Shown here one piece after another: positions 1 to 14,275 of a stretch of DNA of 64,000 bases; the first letter of the stretch is position 1, and each line of letters opens with the position of its first letter. Source of the stretch: the human T2T-CHM13v2.0 reference genome, Homo sapiens; the NCBI RefSeq assembly GCF_009914755.1, contig NC_060948.1. One strand, given 5' to 3'. Below the pieces are notes generated by a model. It made no database searches and was not told where the DNA came from. It worked only from the letters and a program-made list of their open reading frames with translations. A program made the translations under genes and the position numbers.

Positions 1-337
1 ATAAAAATGTATGGAATGGAATGCAATGAAACGGAATCGAATGTCATAGAATGTAATGGAATGCAAAAAAATGGAATCCAAAATCATTGACTGGAAAGGC
101 TGGGTGTCGAAAGGAATTGACTCCAATGGAATGGAATCGAATGGAATGGAAGTGAACAGAATCGAACTAAATCGAATGGAATGGAATTGATAGGAACGGA
201 ATGGAAAGGAATGCAATGATTTGGCATGGAATGGAATCGAATGGCATCGAATGGAATGGAATGGAATGCAATGGAATGGAATGTATTAGAATGTAATGAA
301 CTTTAATGGAATGTACTCGAATGGATTCGACTGGAAT

Positions 338-352
338 GGAATGTTCTGGAAG
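338..352. promoter_or_regulatory. Perfect heat shock element HSE-1 (gGAAtgTTCtgGAAg); present in 17/18 units
   Basis: Exact match to the HSF1 trimer consensus nGAAnnTTCnnGAAn. Sequence match only; binding is not shown. Confidence 0.6.
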
Positions 353-617
353 TGAATGGACTCCAATGGAATGGATTCCAAAGGAATGGAATCGTACGGA
401 ATGGAATCTAATGGAATGGAATTAAATGGAAATGAATCAAATTGAATAGCACGGAATTGAATTGAATGGAATCGAATGCAATGGAATCTAATGAAACGGA
501 AAGGAAAGGAATGGAATGGAATAGAATGGGCTGGAATGGAAAGGAATCGAAACGAATGGAATGGAATCGAACTGAAGAGACTGGAATGGAATGCACTGTA
601 ATGGAAGGGAGTGTAAT

Positions 618-632
618 GGAAGGTTCTCGAAA
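618..632. promoter_or_regulatory. Perfect heat shock element HSE-2 (gGAAggTTCtcGAAa); present in 17/18 units
   Basis: Exact match to nGAAnnTTCnnGAAn. Confidence 0.6.
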
Positions 633-1657
633 AAAATGGAATCGAATGGAATGGAATTGAATGGAACGGAATAGAGTCGAATGGAATTGAATGGAATGGA
701 ATGGACTAGAGTGAAATGGAATCGAACCACAAGGAATGGACAGGAATAGAATGGTCTCGAATTGAATGGAATCGTATGGAATGGCATCAAACGGAATGGA
801 ATGGACAGCCACGGAATGGAATGCACTCGAATGCAATGGAGTCGAAACTAACGGACTGGAATAGAATGGACTCGACTGGTACGGACTCCAATGGAATGGA
901 ATCGAATGGAAGGGAATCGAACGGAAGGGAATCGAACGGAATGGACTCGAAGGGAAAAGACTGCAATGGAAAGGTCTCGAATGGAATGGAAATTAATGGA
1001 ATGGAATGGAGTCGAATGAAATGGAGTCAAAAGGAATGGAATCGAATGGCAAGAAATCGAATGTAATGGAATCGCAAGGAATTGATGTGAACGGAACGGA
1101 ATGGAATGGAATCCAAAGGAATGGAATAGAATGGAATGGAATCGAATGGAAAGGACTCGAATGGAAATCACTCGAATAGAATGCAATTTAATAAAATAGG
1201 ATCAAATGTAATGGAATGGAATGGAAAGGAATCGAAACGAAAGGAATGGAGACAGATGGAATGGAATGGAACAGAGAGCAATGGTATAGAATGGAATGGA
1301 ATCATCTGGAATGGAATTGAATGGCATGGAATAATATGAAATGGAATGGAATGGAATGGAATGGAATGCCCTTGAATTAAATGGACTGGAATGGAATGGA
1401 CTCAAACAGAGTGGAATGGAAAGTGTGGAGATAGAATGGAATGAACTCCTTTGGAATGGTCTAGTAGGCAATGCAATCGACTGGCAGGGAATCAAAAGGA
1501 ATGTAATCGAATGGATTGGACTGGAATGCAATGGACTCGAATAGATTGGAAACGGAATGCAAAGAATGGAATGGAATAGTATGGAATGGAATGGAAAGGA
1601 ATGGAGTGGAACAGACTAGAGTGGAATGGAATGGACTGGAAAGCAATGGACTGGAAT

Positions 1658-1672
1658 GGAACTTTCTTGAAT
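1658..1672. promoter_or_regulatory. Perfect heat shock element HSE-3 (gGAActTTCttGAAt); present in 18/18 units
   Basis: Exact match to nGAAnnTTCnnGAAn. Confidence 0.6.
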
Positions 1673-3110
1673 GGACTGGAATCAAACGGAATGGAATGCA
1701 ATGCAATCAAATGGCATGGAATAAAATAGAATGAAAGAGAATCAAATGGAATTGAATCGAATGGAATCGAATGGATTGGAAAGGAATAGAATGGAATGGA
1801 ATGGAATTGACTCAAATGGAATGGACTAGAATGGAATGGATTCGAATGGAAGGCAAAGGAATGGAATCTATTGGAATGGACTGTAATGGAATGGAATGGA
1901 AGGGATTGGAATGGACTCGAATGGAATGGACTGCAATAGAAAGGATTCGAATGGAATGAAAAAGAATTGAATGGAATAGAACAGAATGGAATCAAATCGA
2001 ATGAAATGGAATGGAATAGAAAGGAATGGAATGAAATGGAATGGAAAGGATTCGAATGGAATGCAATCGAATGGAATGGAATCGAACGGAATGGAATAAA
2101 ATGGAAGAAAACTGGCAAGAAATGGAATCGAAATGAATGGAGTGTTATGGAACGGACTCAAAAGGAATTGAATGTAATAGAATGGAGTGGAGTGGACTCG
2201 AATATAATGGACTGGAATGGAATGAAATCACATGGAATGGGAACGAATGGAATGGAATGGAAAGGAATGGAATCGAATGGAAAGGAATCGAATGGAAGGG
2301 AATGAAATTGAATCAACAGGAATGGAAGGGAATAGAATAGACGGTAATGGAATGGACTCGAATAGAATGGACACGAATGCTCAAATTAAATGGACTCGAA
2401 TGGAATGGAAACGAAAGGAATGTCATCGAATGGAATTGAATCGATTGGAATGAAATCGCATAGAATGGAGTGGAATCAAATGGAATTGAATCGAAAGGAA
2501 AGGAAGCGAATGGACTGAAATGAAATGGAATGGAATTGAATGGAAAGTAATGCAATGGAATAGAATGGAACGAAATTTCACGGAATGGAATCAAACTGAA
2601 TGGAATCAAATCAATGGAATCAAATCAAATGGAATGGAAAGGAATTGAATGGAGTAGATGGGATTGGATGGGATTGGAATGAAATGTACTGGAAAGGACT
2701 CGAATTTCATGAAACGGAATGGAATGAATTGGAACGGAATGGACTCGAATGGAATGGAATGTCATGGGATGGCATCAAATGGAATGGCATCAAATGGAAT
2801 GGAATCGAATGCAATGGAATGCTATGGAATGGAATGGAATGCATTGGAATGGAATGTCCTCTAATGGAATGGATTCGAGTGGAATGGAATTGAATATAAT
2901 GGAGTCGAATGAAATGGAATTGAAAGGAATGGGATCGAATACAATGGAATATACTGGAATGTAACGTAATGAACTCGAATGTAATTGACTGGAATGGAAT
3001 GTACATGAATGGAATGTAATCGAATGGAAAGTAATCCAATGGAATAGAATCTAATGCAATAAAATCGACTCAGATAGAGTAGAATGTAATGGAATGGAGT
3101 GCAGTGCAAT

Positions 3111-3190
3111 GGAATGGAATGGAATGGAATGCAATGGAATGGAATGGAATGGAATGGAATGGAATGGAATGGAATGGAACGGAATGGAAT
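3111..3190 (+). repeat. Near-pure (GGAAT)n tract within each unit, variable in copy number
   Basis: Longest near-perfect pentamer run in the unit, lying between GTGCAGTGCAAT and GGGATGG. Confidence 0.85.
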
Positions 3191-3540
3191 GGGATGGAAT
3201 GGTATGGAATGGATAGTAATGGACTGGAGTGAAATGGACTGGAAAGGAATGGACTCAAATTGAAAGGGCTCGAAAGGAATGGAGTCAAATGGAATGGTCT
3301 GGAATGGAATGAACACGAATGTAATGCAACCCAATAGAATGGAATCGAATGGCATGGAATATAAAGAAATGGAATCGAAGAGAATGGAAACAAATGGAAT
3401 GGAATTGAATGGAATGGGAACGAATGGAGTGAAATTGTATGCAGTAGAAGAGAATAGAATGGAATGCAAGCGAAAGGAAAGGAATGGATTGGAATGGAAT
3501 GGAATTCATTGGAATGGAAGGGAATGTAGTGTAATGGACA

Positions 3541-6500
3541 GGCCTGGAATAAAGTGGAATGCTACGGTCTCGAATGGAATAAAAATGTATGGAATGGAAT
3601 GCAATGAAACGGAATCGAATGTCATAGAATGTAATGGAATGCAAAAAAATGGAATCCAAAATCATTGACTGGAAAGGCTGGGTGTCGAAAGGAATTGACT
3701 CCAATGGAATGGAATCGAATGGAATGGAAGTGAATAGAATCGAACTAAATCGAATGGAATGGAATTGATAGGAACGGAATGGAAAGGAATGCAATGATTT
3801 GGCATGGAATGCAATCGAATGGCATCGAATGGAATGGAATGGAATGCAATGGAATGGAATGTATTAGAATGTAATGAACTTTAATGGAATGTACTCGAAT
3901 GGATTCGACTGGAATGGAATGTTCTGGAAGTGAATGGACTCCAATGGAATGGATTCCAAAGGAATGGAATCGTACAGAATGGAATCTAATGGAATGGAAT
4001 TAAATGGAAATGAATCAAATTGAATAGCACGGAATTGAATTGAATGGAATCGAATGCAATGGAATCTAATGAAACGGAAAGGAAAGGAATGGAATGGAAT
4101 GGAATGGGCTGGAATGGAAAGGAATCGAAACGAATGGAATGGAATCGAACTGAAGAGACTGGAATGGAATGCACTGGAATGGAAGGGAGTGTAATGGAAG
4201 GTTCTCGAAAAAAATGGAATCGAATGGAATGGAATTGAATGGAACGGAATAGATTCGAATGGAATTGAATGGAATGGAATGGACTAGAGTGAAATGGAAT
4301 CGAACCACAAGGAATGGACAGGAATAGAACGGTCTCGAATTGAATGGAATCGTATGGAATGGCATCAAACGGAATGGAATGGACAGCCACGGAATGGAAT
4401 GCACTCGAATGCAATGGAGTCGAAACTAACGGACTGGAATAGAATGGACTCGACTGGTACGGACTCCAATGGAATGGAATCGAATGGAAGGGAATCGAAC
4501 GGAAGGGAATCGAACGGAATGGACTCGAAGGGAAAAGACTGCAATGGAAAGGTCTCGAATGGAATGGAAATTAATGGAATGGAATGGAGTCGAATGAAAT
4601 GGAGTCAAAAGGAATGGAATCGAATGGCAAGAAATCGAATGTAATGGAATCGCAAGGAATGGATGTGAACGGAACGGAATGGAATGGAATCCAAAGGAAT
4701 GGAATAGAATGGAATGGAATCGAATGGAAAGGACTCGAATGGAAATCACTCGAATAGAATGCAATTTAATAAAATAGGATCAAATGTAATGGAATGGAAT
4801 GGAAAGGAATCGAAACGAAAGGAATGGAGACAGATGGAATGGAATGGAACAGAGAGCAATGGTATAGAATGGAATGGAATCATCTGGAATGGAATTGAAT
4901 GGAATGGAATAATATGAAATGGAATGGAATGGAATGGAATGGAATGCCCTTGAATTAAATGGACTGGAATGGAATGGACTCAAACAGAGTGGAATGGAAA
5001 GTGTGGAGATAGAATGGAATGAACTCCTTTGGAATGGTCTAGTAGGCAATGCAATCGACTGGCAGGGAATCAAAAGGAATGTAATCGAATGGATTGGACT
5101 GGAATGCAATGGACTCGAATAGATTGGAAACGGAATGCAAAGAATGGAATGGAATAGTATGGAATGGAATGGAAAGGAATGGAGTGGAACAGACTAGAGT
5201 GGAATGGAATGGACTGGAAAGCAATGGACTGGAATGGAACTTTCTTGAATGGACTGGAATCAAACGGAATGGAATGCAATGCAATCAAATGGCATGGAAT
5301 AAAATAGAATGAAAGAGAATCAAATGGAATTGAATCGAATGGAATCGAATGGATTGGAAAGGAATAGAATGGAATGGAATGGAATTGACTCAAATGGAAT
5401 GGACTAGAATGGAATGGATTCGAATGGAAGGCAAAGGAATGGAATCTATTGGAATGGACTGTAATGGAATGGAATGGAAGGGATTGGAATGGACTCGAAT
5501 GGAATGGACTGCAATAGAAAGGATTCGAATGGAATGAAAAAGAATTGAATGGAATAGAACAGAATGGAATCAAATCGAATGAAATGGAATGGAATAGAAA
5601 GGAATGGAATGAAATGGAATGGAAAGGATTCGAATGGAATGCAATCGAATGGAATGGAATCGAACGGAATGGAATAAAATGGAAGAAAACTGGCAAGAAA
5701 TGGAATCGAAATGAATGGAGTGTTATGGAACGGACTCAAAAGGAATTGAATGTAATAGAATGGAGTGGAGTGGACTCGAATATAATGGACTGGAATGGAA
5801 TGAAATCACATGGAATGGGAACGAATGGAATGGAATGGAAAGGAATGGAATCGAATGGAAAGGAATCGAATGGAAGGGAATGAAATTGAATCAACAGGAA
5901 TGGAAGGGAATAGAATAGACGGTAATGGAATGGACTCGAATAGAATGGACACGAATGCTCAAATTAAATGGACTCGAATGGAATGGAAACGAAAGGAATG
6001 TCATCGAATGGAATTGAATCGATTGGAATGAAATCGCATAGAATGGAGTGGAATCAAATGGAATTGAATCGAAAGGAAAGGAAGCGAATGGACTGAAATG
6101 AAATGGAATGGAATTGAATGGAAAGTAATGCAATGGAATAGAATGGAACGAAATTTCACGGAATGGAATCAAACTGAATGGAATCAAATCAATGGAATCA
6201 AATCAAATGGAATGGAAAGGAATTGAATGGAGTAGATGGGATTGGATGGGATTGGAATGAAATGTACTGGAAAGGACTCGAATTTCATGAAACGGAATGG
6301 AATGAATTGGAACGGAATGGACTCGAATGGAATGGAATGTCATGGGATGGCATCAAATGGAATGGCATCAAATGGAATGGAATCGAATGCAATGGAATGC
6401 TATGGAATGGAATGGAATGCATTGGAATGGAATGTCCTCTAATGGAATGGATTCGAGTGGAATGGAATTGAATATAATGGAGTCGAATGAAATGGAATTG

Positions 6501-7118
6501 AAAGGAATGGGATCGAATACAATGGAATATACTGGAATGTAACGTAATGAACTCGAATGTAATTGACTGGAATGGAATGTACATGAATGGAATGTAATCG
6601 AATGGAAAGTAATCCAATGGAATAGAATCTAATGCAATAAAATCGACTCAGATAGAGTAGAATGTAATGGAATGGAGTGCAGTGCAATGGAATGGAATGG
6701 AATGGAATGCAATGGAATGGAATGGAATGGAATGGAATGGAATGGAATGGAATGGAACGGAATGGAATGGGATGGAATGGTATGGAATGGATAGTAATGG
6801 ACTGGAGTGAAATGGACTGGAAAGGAATGGACTCAAATTGAAAGGGCTCGAAAGGAATGGAGTCAAATGGAATGGTCTGGAATGGAATGAACACGAATGT
6901 AATGCAACCCAATAGAATGGAATCGAATGGCATGGAATATAAAGAAATGGAATCGAAGAGAATGGAAACAAATGGAATGGAATTGAATGGAATGGGAACG
7001 AATGGAGTGAAATTGTATGCAGTAGAAGAGAATAGAATGGAATGCAAGCGAAAGGAAAGGAATGGATTGGAATGGAATGGAATTCATTGGAATGGAAGGG
7101 AATGTAGTGTAATGGACA
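3541..7118 (+). repeat. DYZ1 unit U2, 3578 bp, type A
   Basis: GGCC at 3541 to next GGCC at 7119. Confidence 0.9.
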
Positions 7119-10100
7119 GGCCTGGAATAAAGTGGAATGCTACGGTCTCGAATGGAATAAAAATGTATGGAATGGAATGCAATGAAACGGAATCGAATGT
7201 CATAGAATGTAATGGAATGCAAAAAAATGGAATCCAAAATCATTGACTGGAAAGGCTGGGTGTCGAAAGGAATTGACTCCAATGGAATGGAATCGAATGG
7301 AATGGAAGTGAATAGAATCGAACTAAATCGAATGGAATGGAATTGATAGGAACGGAATGGAAAGGAATGCAATGATTTGGCATGGAATGCAATCGAATGG
7401 CATCGAATGGAATGGAATGGAATGCAATGGAATGGAATGTATTAGAATGTAATGAACTTTAATGGAATGTACTCGAATGGATTCGACTGGAATGGAATGT
7501 TCTGGAAGTGAATGGACTCCAATGGAATGGATTCCAAAGGAATGGAATCGTACAGAATGGAATCTAATGGAATGGAATTAAATGGAAATGAATCAAATTG
7601 AATAGCACGGAATTGAATTGAATGGAATCGAATGCAATGGAATCTAATGAAACGGAAAGGAAAGGAATGGAATGGAATGGAATGGGCTGGAATGGAAAGG
7701 AATCGAAACGAATGGAATGGAATCGAACTGAAGAGACTGGAATGGAATGCACTGGAATGGAAGGGAGTGTAATGGAAGGTTCTCGAAAAAAATGGAATCG
7801 AATGGAATGGAATTGAATGGAACGGAATAGATTCGAATGGAATTGAATGGAATGGAATGGACTAGAGTGAAATGGAATCGAACCACAAGGAATGGACAGG
7901 AATAGAACGGTCTCGAATTGAATGGAATCGTATGGAATGGCATCAAACGGAATGGAATGGACAGCCACGGAATGGAATGCACTCGAATGCAATGGAGTCG
8001 AAACTAACGGACTGGAATAGAATGGACTCGACTGGTACGGACTCCAATGGAATGGAATCGAATGGAAGGGAATCGAACGGAAGGGAATCGAACGGAATGG
8101 ACTCGAAGGGAAAAGACTGCAATGGAAAGGTCTCGAATGGAATGGAAATTAATGGAATGGAATGGAGTCGAATGAAATGGAGTCAAAAGGAATGGAATCG
8201 AATGGCAAGAAATCGAATGTAATGGAATCGCAAGGAATGGATGTGAACGGAACGGAATGGAATGGAATCCAAAGGAATGGAATAGAATGGAATGGAATCG
8301 AATGGAAAGGACTCGAATGGAAATCACTCGAATAGAATGCAATTTAATAAAATAGGATCAAATGTAATGGAATGGAATGGAAAGGAATCGAAACGAAAGG
8401 AATGGAGACAGATGGAATGGAATGGAACAGAGAGCAATGGTATAGAATGGAATGGAATCATCTGGAATGGAATTGAATGGAATGGAATAATATGAAATGG
8501 AATGGAATGGAATGGAATGGAATGCCCTTGAATTAAATGGACTGGAATGGAATGGACTCAAACAGAGTGGAATGGAAAGTGTGGAGATAGAATGGAATGA
8601 ACTCCTTTGGAATGGTCTAGTAGGCAATGCAATCGACTGGCAGGGAATCAAAAGGAATGTAATCGAATGGATTGGACTGGAATGCAATGGACTCGAATAG
8701 ATTGGAAACGGAATGCAAAGAATGGAATGGAATAGTATGGAATGGAATGGAAAGGAATGGAGTGGAACAGACTAGAGTGGAATGGAATGGACTGGAAAGC
8801 AATGGACTGGAATGGAACTTTCTTGAATGGACTGGAATCAAACGGAATGGAATGCAATGCAATCAAATGGCATGGAATAAAATAGAATGAAAGAGAATCA
8901 AATGGAATTGAATCGAATGGAATCGAATGGATTGGAAAGGAATAGAATGGAATGGAATGGAATTGACTCAAATGGAATGGACTAGAATGGAATGGATTCG
9001 AATGGAAGGCAAAGGAATGGAATCTATTGGAATGGACTGTAATGGAATGGAATGGAAGGGATTGGAATGGACTCGAATGGAATGGACTGCAATAGAAAGG
9101 ATTCGAATGGAATGAAAAAGAATTGAATGGAATAGAACAGAATGGAATCAAATCGAATGAAATGGAATGGAATAGAAAGGAATGGAATGAAATGGAATGG
9201 AAAGGATTCGAATGGAATGCAATCGAATGGAATGGAATCGAACGGAATGGAATAAAATGGAAGAAAACTGGCAAGAAATGGAATCGAAATGAATGGAGTG
9301 TTATGGAACGGACTCAAAAGGAATTGAATGTAATAGAATGGAGTGGAGTGGACTCGAATATAATGGACTGGAATGGAATGAAATCACATGGAATGGGAAC
9401 GAATGGAATGGAATGGAAAGGAATGGAATCGAATGGAAAGGAATCGAATGGAAGGGAATGAAATTGAATCAACAGGAATGGAAGGGAATAGAATAGACGG
9501 TAATGGAATGGACTCGAATAGAATGGACACGAATGCTCAAATTAAATGGACTCGAATGGAATGGAAACGAAAGGAATGTCATCGAATGGAATTGAATCGA
9601 TTGGAATGAAATCGCATAGAATGGAGTGGAATCAAATGGAATTGAATCGAAAGGAAAGGAAGCGAATGGACTGAAATGAAATGGAATGGAATTGAATGGA
9701 AAGTAATGCAATGGAATAGAATGGAACGAAATTTCACGGAATGGAATCAAACTGAATGGAATCAAATCAATGGAATCAAATCAAATGGAATGGAAAGGAA
9801 TTGAATGGAGTAGATGGGATTGGATGGGATTGGAATGAAATGTACTGGAAAGGACTCGAATTTCATGAAACGGAATGGAATGAATTGGAACGGAATGGAC
9901 TCGAATGGAATGGAATGTCATGGGATGGCATCAAAAGGAATGGCATCAAATGGAATGGAATCGAATGCAATGGAATGCTATGGAATGGAATGGAATGCAT
10001 TGGAATGGAATGTCCTCTAATGGAATGGATTCGAGTGGAATGGAATTGAATATAATGGAGTCGAATGAAATGGAATTGAAAGGAATGGGATCGAATAAAA

Positions 10101-10701
10101 TGGAACATACTGGAATGTAACGTAATGAACTCGAATGTAATTGACTGGAATGGAATGTACATGAATGGAATGTAATCGAATGGAAAGTAATCCAATGGAA
10201 TAGAATCTAATGCAATAAAATCGACTCAGATAGAGTAGAATGTAATGGAATGGAGTGCAGTGCAATGGAATGGAATGGAATGGAATGCAATGGAATGGAA
10301 TGGAATGGAATGGAATGGAATGGAATGGAATGGAATGGGATGGAATGGTATGGAATGGATAGTAATGGACTGGAGTGAAATGGACTGGAAAGGAATGGAC
10401 TCAAATTGAAAGGGCTCGAAAGGAATGGAGTCAAATGGAATGGTCTGGAATGGAATGAACACGAATGTAATGCAACCCAATAGAATGGAATCGAATGGCA
10501 TGGAATATAAAGAAATGGAATCGAAGAGAATGGAAACAAATGGAATGGAATTGAATGGAATGGAATTGAATGGAATGGGAACGAATGGAGTGAAATTGTA
10601 TGCAGTAGAAGAGAATAGAATGGAATGCAAGCGAAAGGAAAGGAATGGATTGGAATGGAATGGAATTCATTGGAATGGAAGGGAATGTAGTGTAATGGAC
10701 A
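7119..10701 (+). repeat. DYZ1 unit U3, 3583 bp, type A
   Basis: GGCC at 7119 to 10702. Confidence 0.9.
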
Positions 10702-13700
10702 GGCCTGGAATAAAGTGGAATGCTACGGTCTCGAATGGAATAAAAATGTATGGAATGGAATGCAATGAAACGGAATCGAATGTCATAGAATGTAATGGAA
10801 TGCAAAAAAATGGAATCCAAAATCATTGACTGGAAAGGCTGGGTGTCGAAAGGAATTGACTCCAATGGAATGGAATCGAATGGAATGGAAGTGAATAGAA
10901 TCGAACTAAATCGAATGGAATGGAATTGATAGGAACGGAATGGAAAGGAATGCAATGATTTGGCATGGAATGGAATCGAATGGCATCGAATGGAATGGAA
11001 TGGAATGCAATGGAATGGAATGTATTAGAATGTAATGAACTTTAATGGAATGTACTCGAATGGATTCGACTGGAATGGAATGTTCTGGAAGTGAATGGAC
11101 TCCAATGGAATGGATTCAAAAGGAATGGAATCGTACGGAATGGAATCTAATGGAATGGAATTAAATGGAAATGAATCAAATTGAATAGCACGGAATTGAA
11201 TTGAATGGAATGGAATGCAATGGAATCTAATGAAACGGAAAGGAAAGGAATGGAATGGAATGGAATGGGCTGGAATGGAAAGGAATCGAAACGAATGGAA
11301 TGGAATCGAACTGAAGAGACTGGAATGGAATGCACTGGAATGGAAGGGAGTGTAATGGAAGGTTCTCGAAAAAAATGGAATCGAATGGAATGGAATTGAA
11401 TGGAACGGAATAGAGTCGAATGGAATTGAATGGAATGGAATGGACTAGAGTGAAGTGGAATCGAACCACAAGGAATGGACAGGAATAGAATGGTCTCGAA
11501 TTGAATGGAATCGTATGGAATGGCATCAAACGGAATGGAATGGACAGCCACGGAATGGAATGCACTCGAATGCAATGGAGTCGAAACTAACGGACTGGAA
11601 TAGAATGGACTCGACTGGTACGGACTCCAATGGAATGGAATCGAATGGAAGGGAATCGAACGGAAGGGAATCGAAAGGAATGGACTCGAAGGGAAAAGAC
11701 TGCAATGGAAAGGTCTCGAATGGAATGGAAATTAATGGAATGGTATGGAGTCGAATGAAATGGAGTCAAAAGGAATGGAATCGAATGGCAAGAAATCGAA
11801 TGTAATGGAATCGCAAGGAATTGATGTGAACGGAACGGAATGGAATGGAATCCAAAGGAATGGAATAGAATGGAATGGAATCGAATGGAAAGGACTCGAA
11901 TGGAAATCACTCGAATAGAATGCAATTTAATAAAATAGGATCAAATGTAATGGAATGGAATGGAAAGGAATCGAAACGAAAGGAATGGAGACAGATGGAA
12001 TGGAATGGAACAGAGAGCAATGGTATAGAACGGAATGGAATCATCTGGAATGGAATTGAATGGAATGGAATAATATGAAATGGAAAGGAATGAAATGGAA
12101 TGCCCTTGAATTAAATGGACTACAATGGAATGGACTCGAACAGAGTGGAATGGAAAGTGTTGAAATAGAATGGAATTGACTCGTTTGGAATGGTCTAGTA
12201 TGCAATGCAATCGACTGGCAGGGAATCAAAAGGAATGTAATCGAGTGGATTGGACTGGAATGCAATGGACTCGAATAGATTGGAAACGGAATGCAAAGGA
12301 ATGGAATGGAATAGTATGGAATGGAATGGAAAGGAATGGAGTGGAATAGACTAGAGTGGAATGGAATGGACTCGAAAGCAATGGACTGGAATGGAACTTT
12401 CTTGAATGGACTGGAACCAAAAGGAATGGAATGCAATGCAATCAAATGGCATGGAATAAGATAGAATGAAAGAGAATCAAATGGAATTGAATCGAATGGA
12501 ATCGAATGGATTGGAAAGGAATAGAATGGAATGGAATGGAATTGACTCAAATGGAATGGACTAGAATGGAATGGATTCGAATGGAAAGCAAAGGAATGGA
12601 ATCTATCGGAATGGACTGTAATGGAATGGAATGGAAGGGATTGGAATGGATTCGAATGGAATGGACTACAATAGAAAGGATTCGAATGGAATGAAAAAGA
12701 ATTGAATGGAATAGAACAGAATGGAATCAAATCGAATTAAATGGAATGGAATAGAAAGGAATGGAATGAAATGGAATGGAAAGGATTCGAATGGAATGCA
12801 ATCGAATGGAATGTAATCGAACGGAATGGAATAAAATGGAAGAAAACTGGCAAGAAATGGAATCGAAATGAATGGAGTGTTTTGGAACGGACTCAAAAGG
12901 AATTGAATGTAATAGAATGGAGTGGAGTGGACTCGAATATAATTGACTGGAATTGAATGAAATCACAGGGAATGGGAACGAATGGAATGGAATGGAAAGG
13001 AATGGAATCGAATGGAAAGCAATCGAATGGAAGGGAATGAAATTGAATCAACAGGAATGGAAGGGAATAGAATAGACGGTAATGGAATGGACTCGAATAG
13101 AATGGACACGAATGCTCAAATTGAATGGACTCGAATGGAATGGAAACGAAAGGAATGTCATCGAATGGAATTGAATCGATTGGAATGAAATCGCATAGAA
13201 TGGAGTGGAATCAAATGGAATTGAATCGAAAGGAAAGGAAGCGAATGGACTGAAATGAAATGGAATGGAATTGAATGGAAAGTAATGCAATGGAATAGAA
13301 TGGAACGAAATTTCACGGAATGGAATCAAAATGAAAGGAATCAAATCAATGGAATCTAATCAAATGGAATGGAAAGGAATTGAATGGAGTAGATTGGATT
13401 GGATGGGATTGGAATGAAATGTACTGGAAAGGACTCGAATTTCATGAAACGGAATGGAATGAATTGGAACGGAATGGACTCGAATGGAATGGAATGTCAT
13501 GGAATGGCATCAAAGGGAATGGCATCAAATGGAATGGAATCGAATGCAATGGAATGTTATGGAATGGAATGGAATGCATTGGAATGGAATGTCCTCTAAT
13601 GGAATGGATTCGAGTGGAATGGAATCGAATATAATGGAGTCGAATGAAATGGAATTGAAAGGAATGGGATCGAATAGAATGGAATATATTGGAATGTAAT

Positions 13701-14275
13701 GTAATGAACTCGAATGTAATTGACTGGAATGGAATGTACATGAATGGAATGTAATCGAATGGAAAGTAATCCAATGGAATAGAATCTAATGCAATAAAAC
13801 CGACTCAGATAGAGTAGAATGTAATGGAATGGATTGCAGTGCAATTAAATGGAATGGAATTGAATGGAATGGAATGGAATGGAATGGAATGGAATGGAAT
13901 GGAATGGAATGGGATGGAATGGTATGGAATGGATAGTAATGGACTGGAGTGAAATGGACTGGAAAGGAATGGACTCAAATTGAAAGGGCTCGAAAGGAAT
14001 GGAGTCAAATGGAATGGTCTGGAATGGAATGAACACGAATGTAATGCAATCCAATAGAATGGAATCGAATGGCATGGAATATAAAGAAATGGAATCGAAG
14101 AGAATGGAAACAAATGGAATGGAATTGAATGGAATGGAATTGAATAGAATGGGAACGAATGGAGTGAAATCGTATGCAGTAGAAGGGAATAGAATGGAAT
14201 GCAAGCGAAAGGAAAGGAATGGATTGGAATGGAGTGGAATTCATTGGAATGGAAGGGAATGTAGTGTAATGGACA
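10702..14275 (+). repeat. DYZ1 unit U4, 3574 bp, most divergent unit
   Basis: GGCC at 10702 to 14276. Confidence 0.9.

Larger units (their letters stand above)
1..3540 (+). repeat. DYZ1 unit U1 (about 38 bp missing at 5' end), variant type A
   Basis: Ends before GGCC at 3541; EcoRI GAATTC at 3502-3507. Confidence 0.9.

Noticed and set aside
2571-2714. Additional HSE-like sites GAAatTTCacGGA (2572) and GAAtTTCatGAA (2702)
   Set aside because: Only two correctly spaced units in each, so they were not counted as perfect HSEs.
1190-3585. AATAAA polyadenylation-like hexamers (about 1190, 1720, 2095, 3058, 3548, 3578 and equivalents in other units)
   Set aside because: They arise easily when GGAAT is followed by an A-rich variant pentamer, and no transcript evidence is available from sequence alone.
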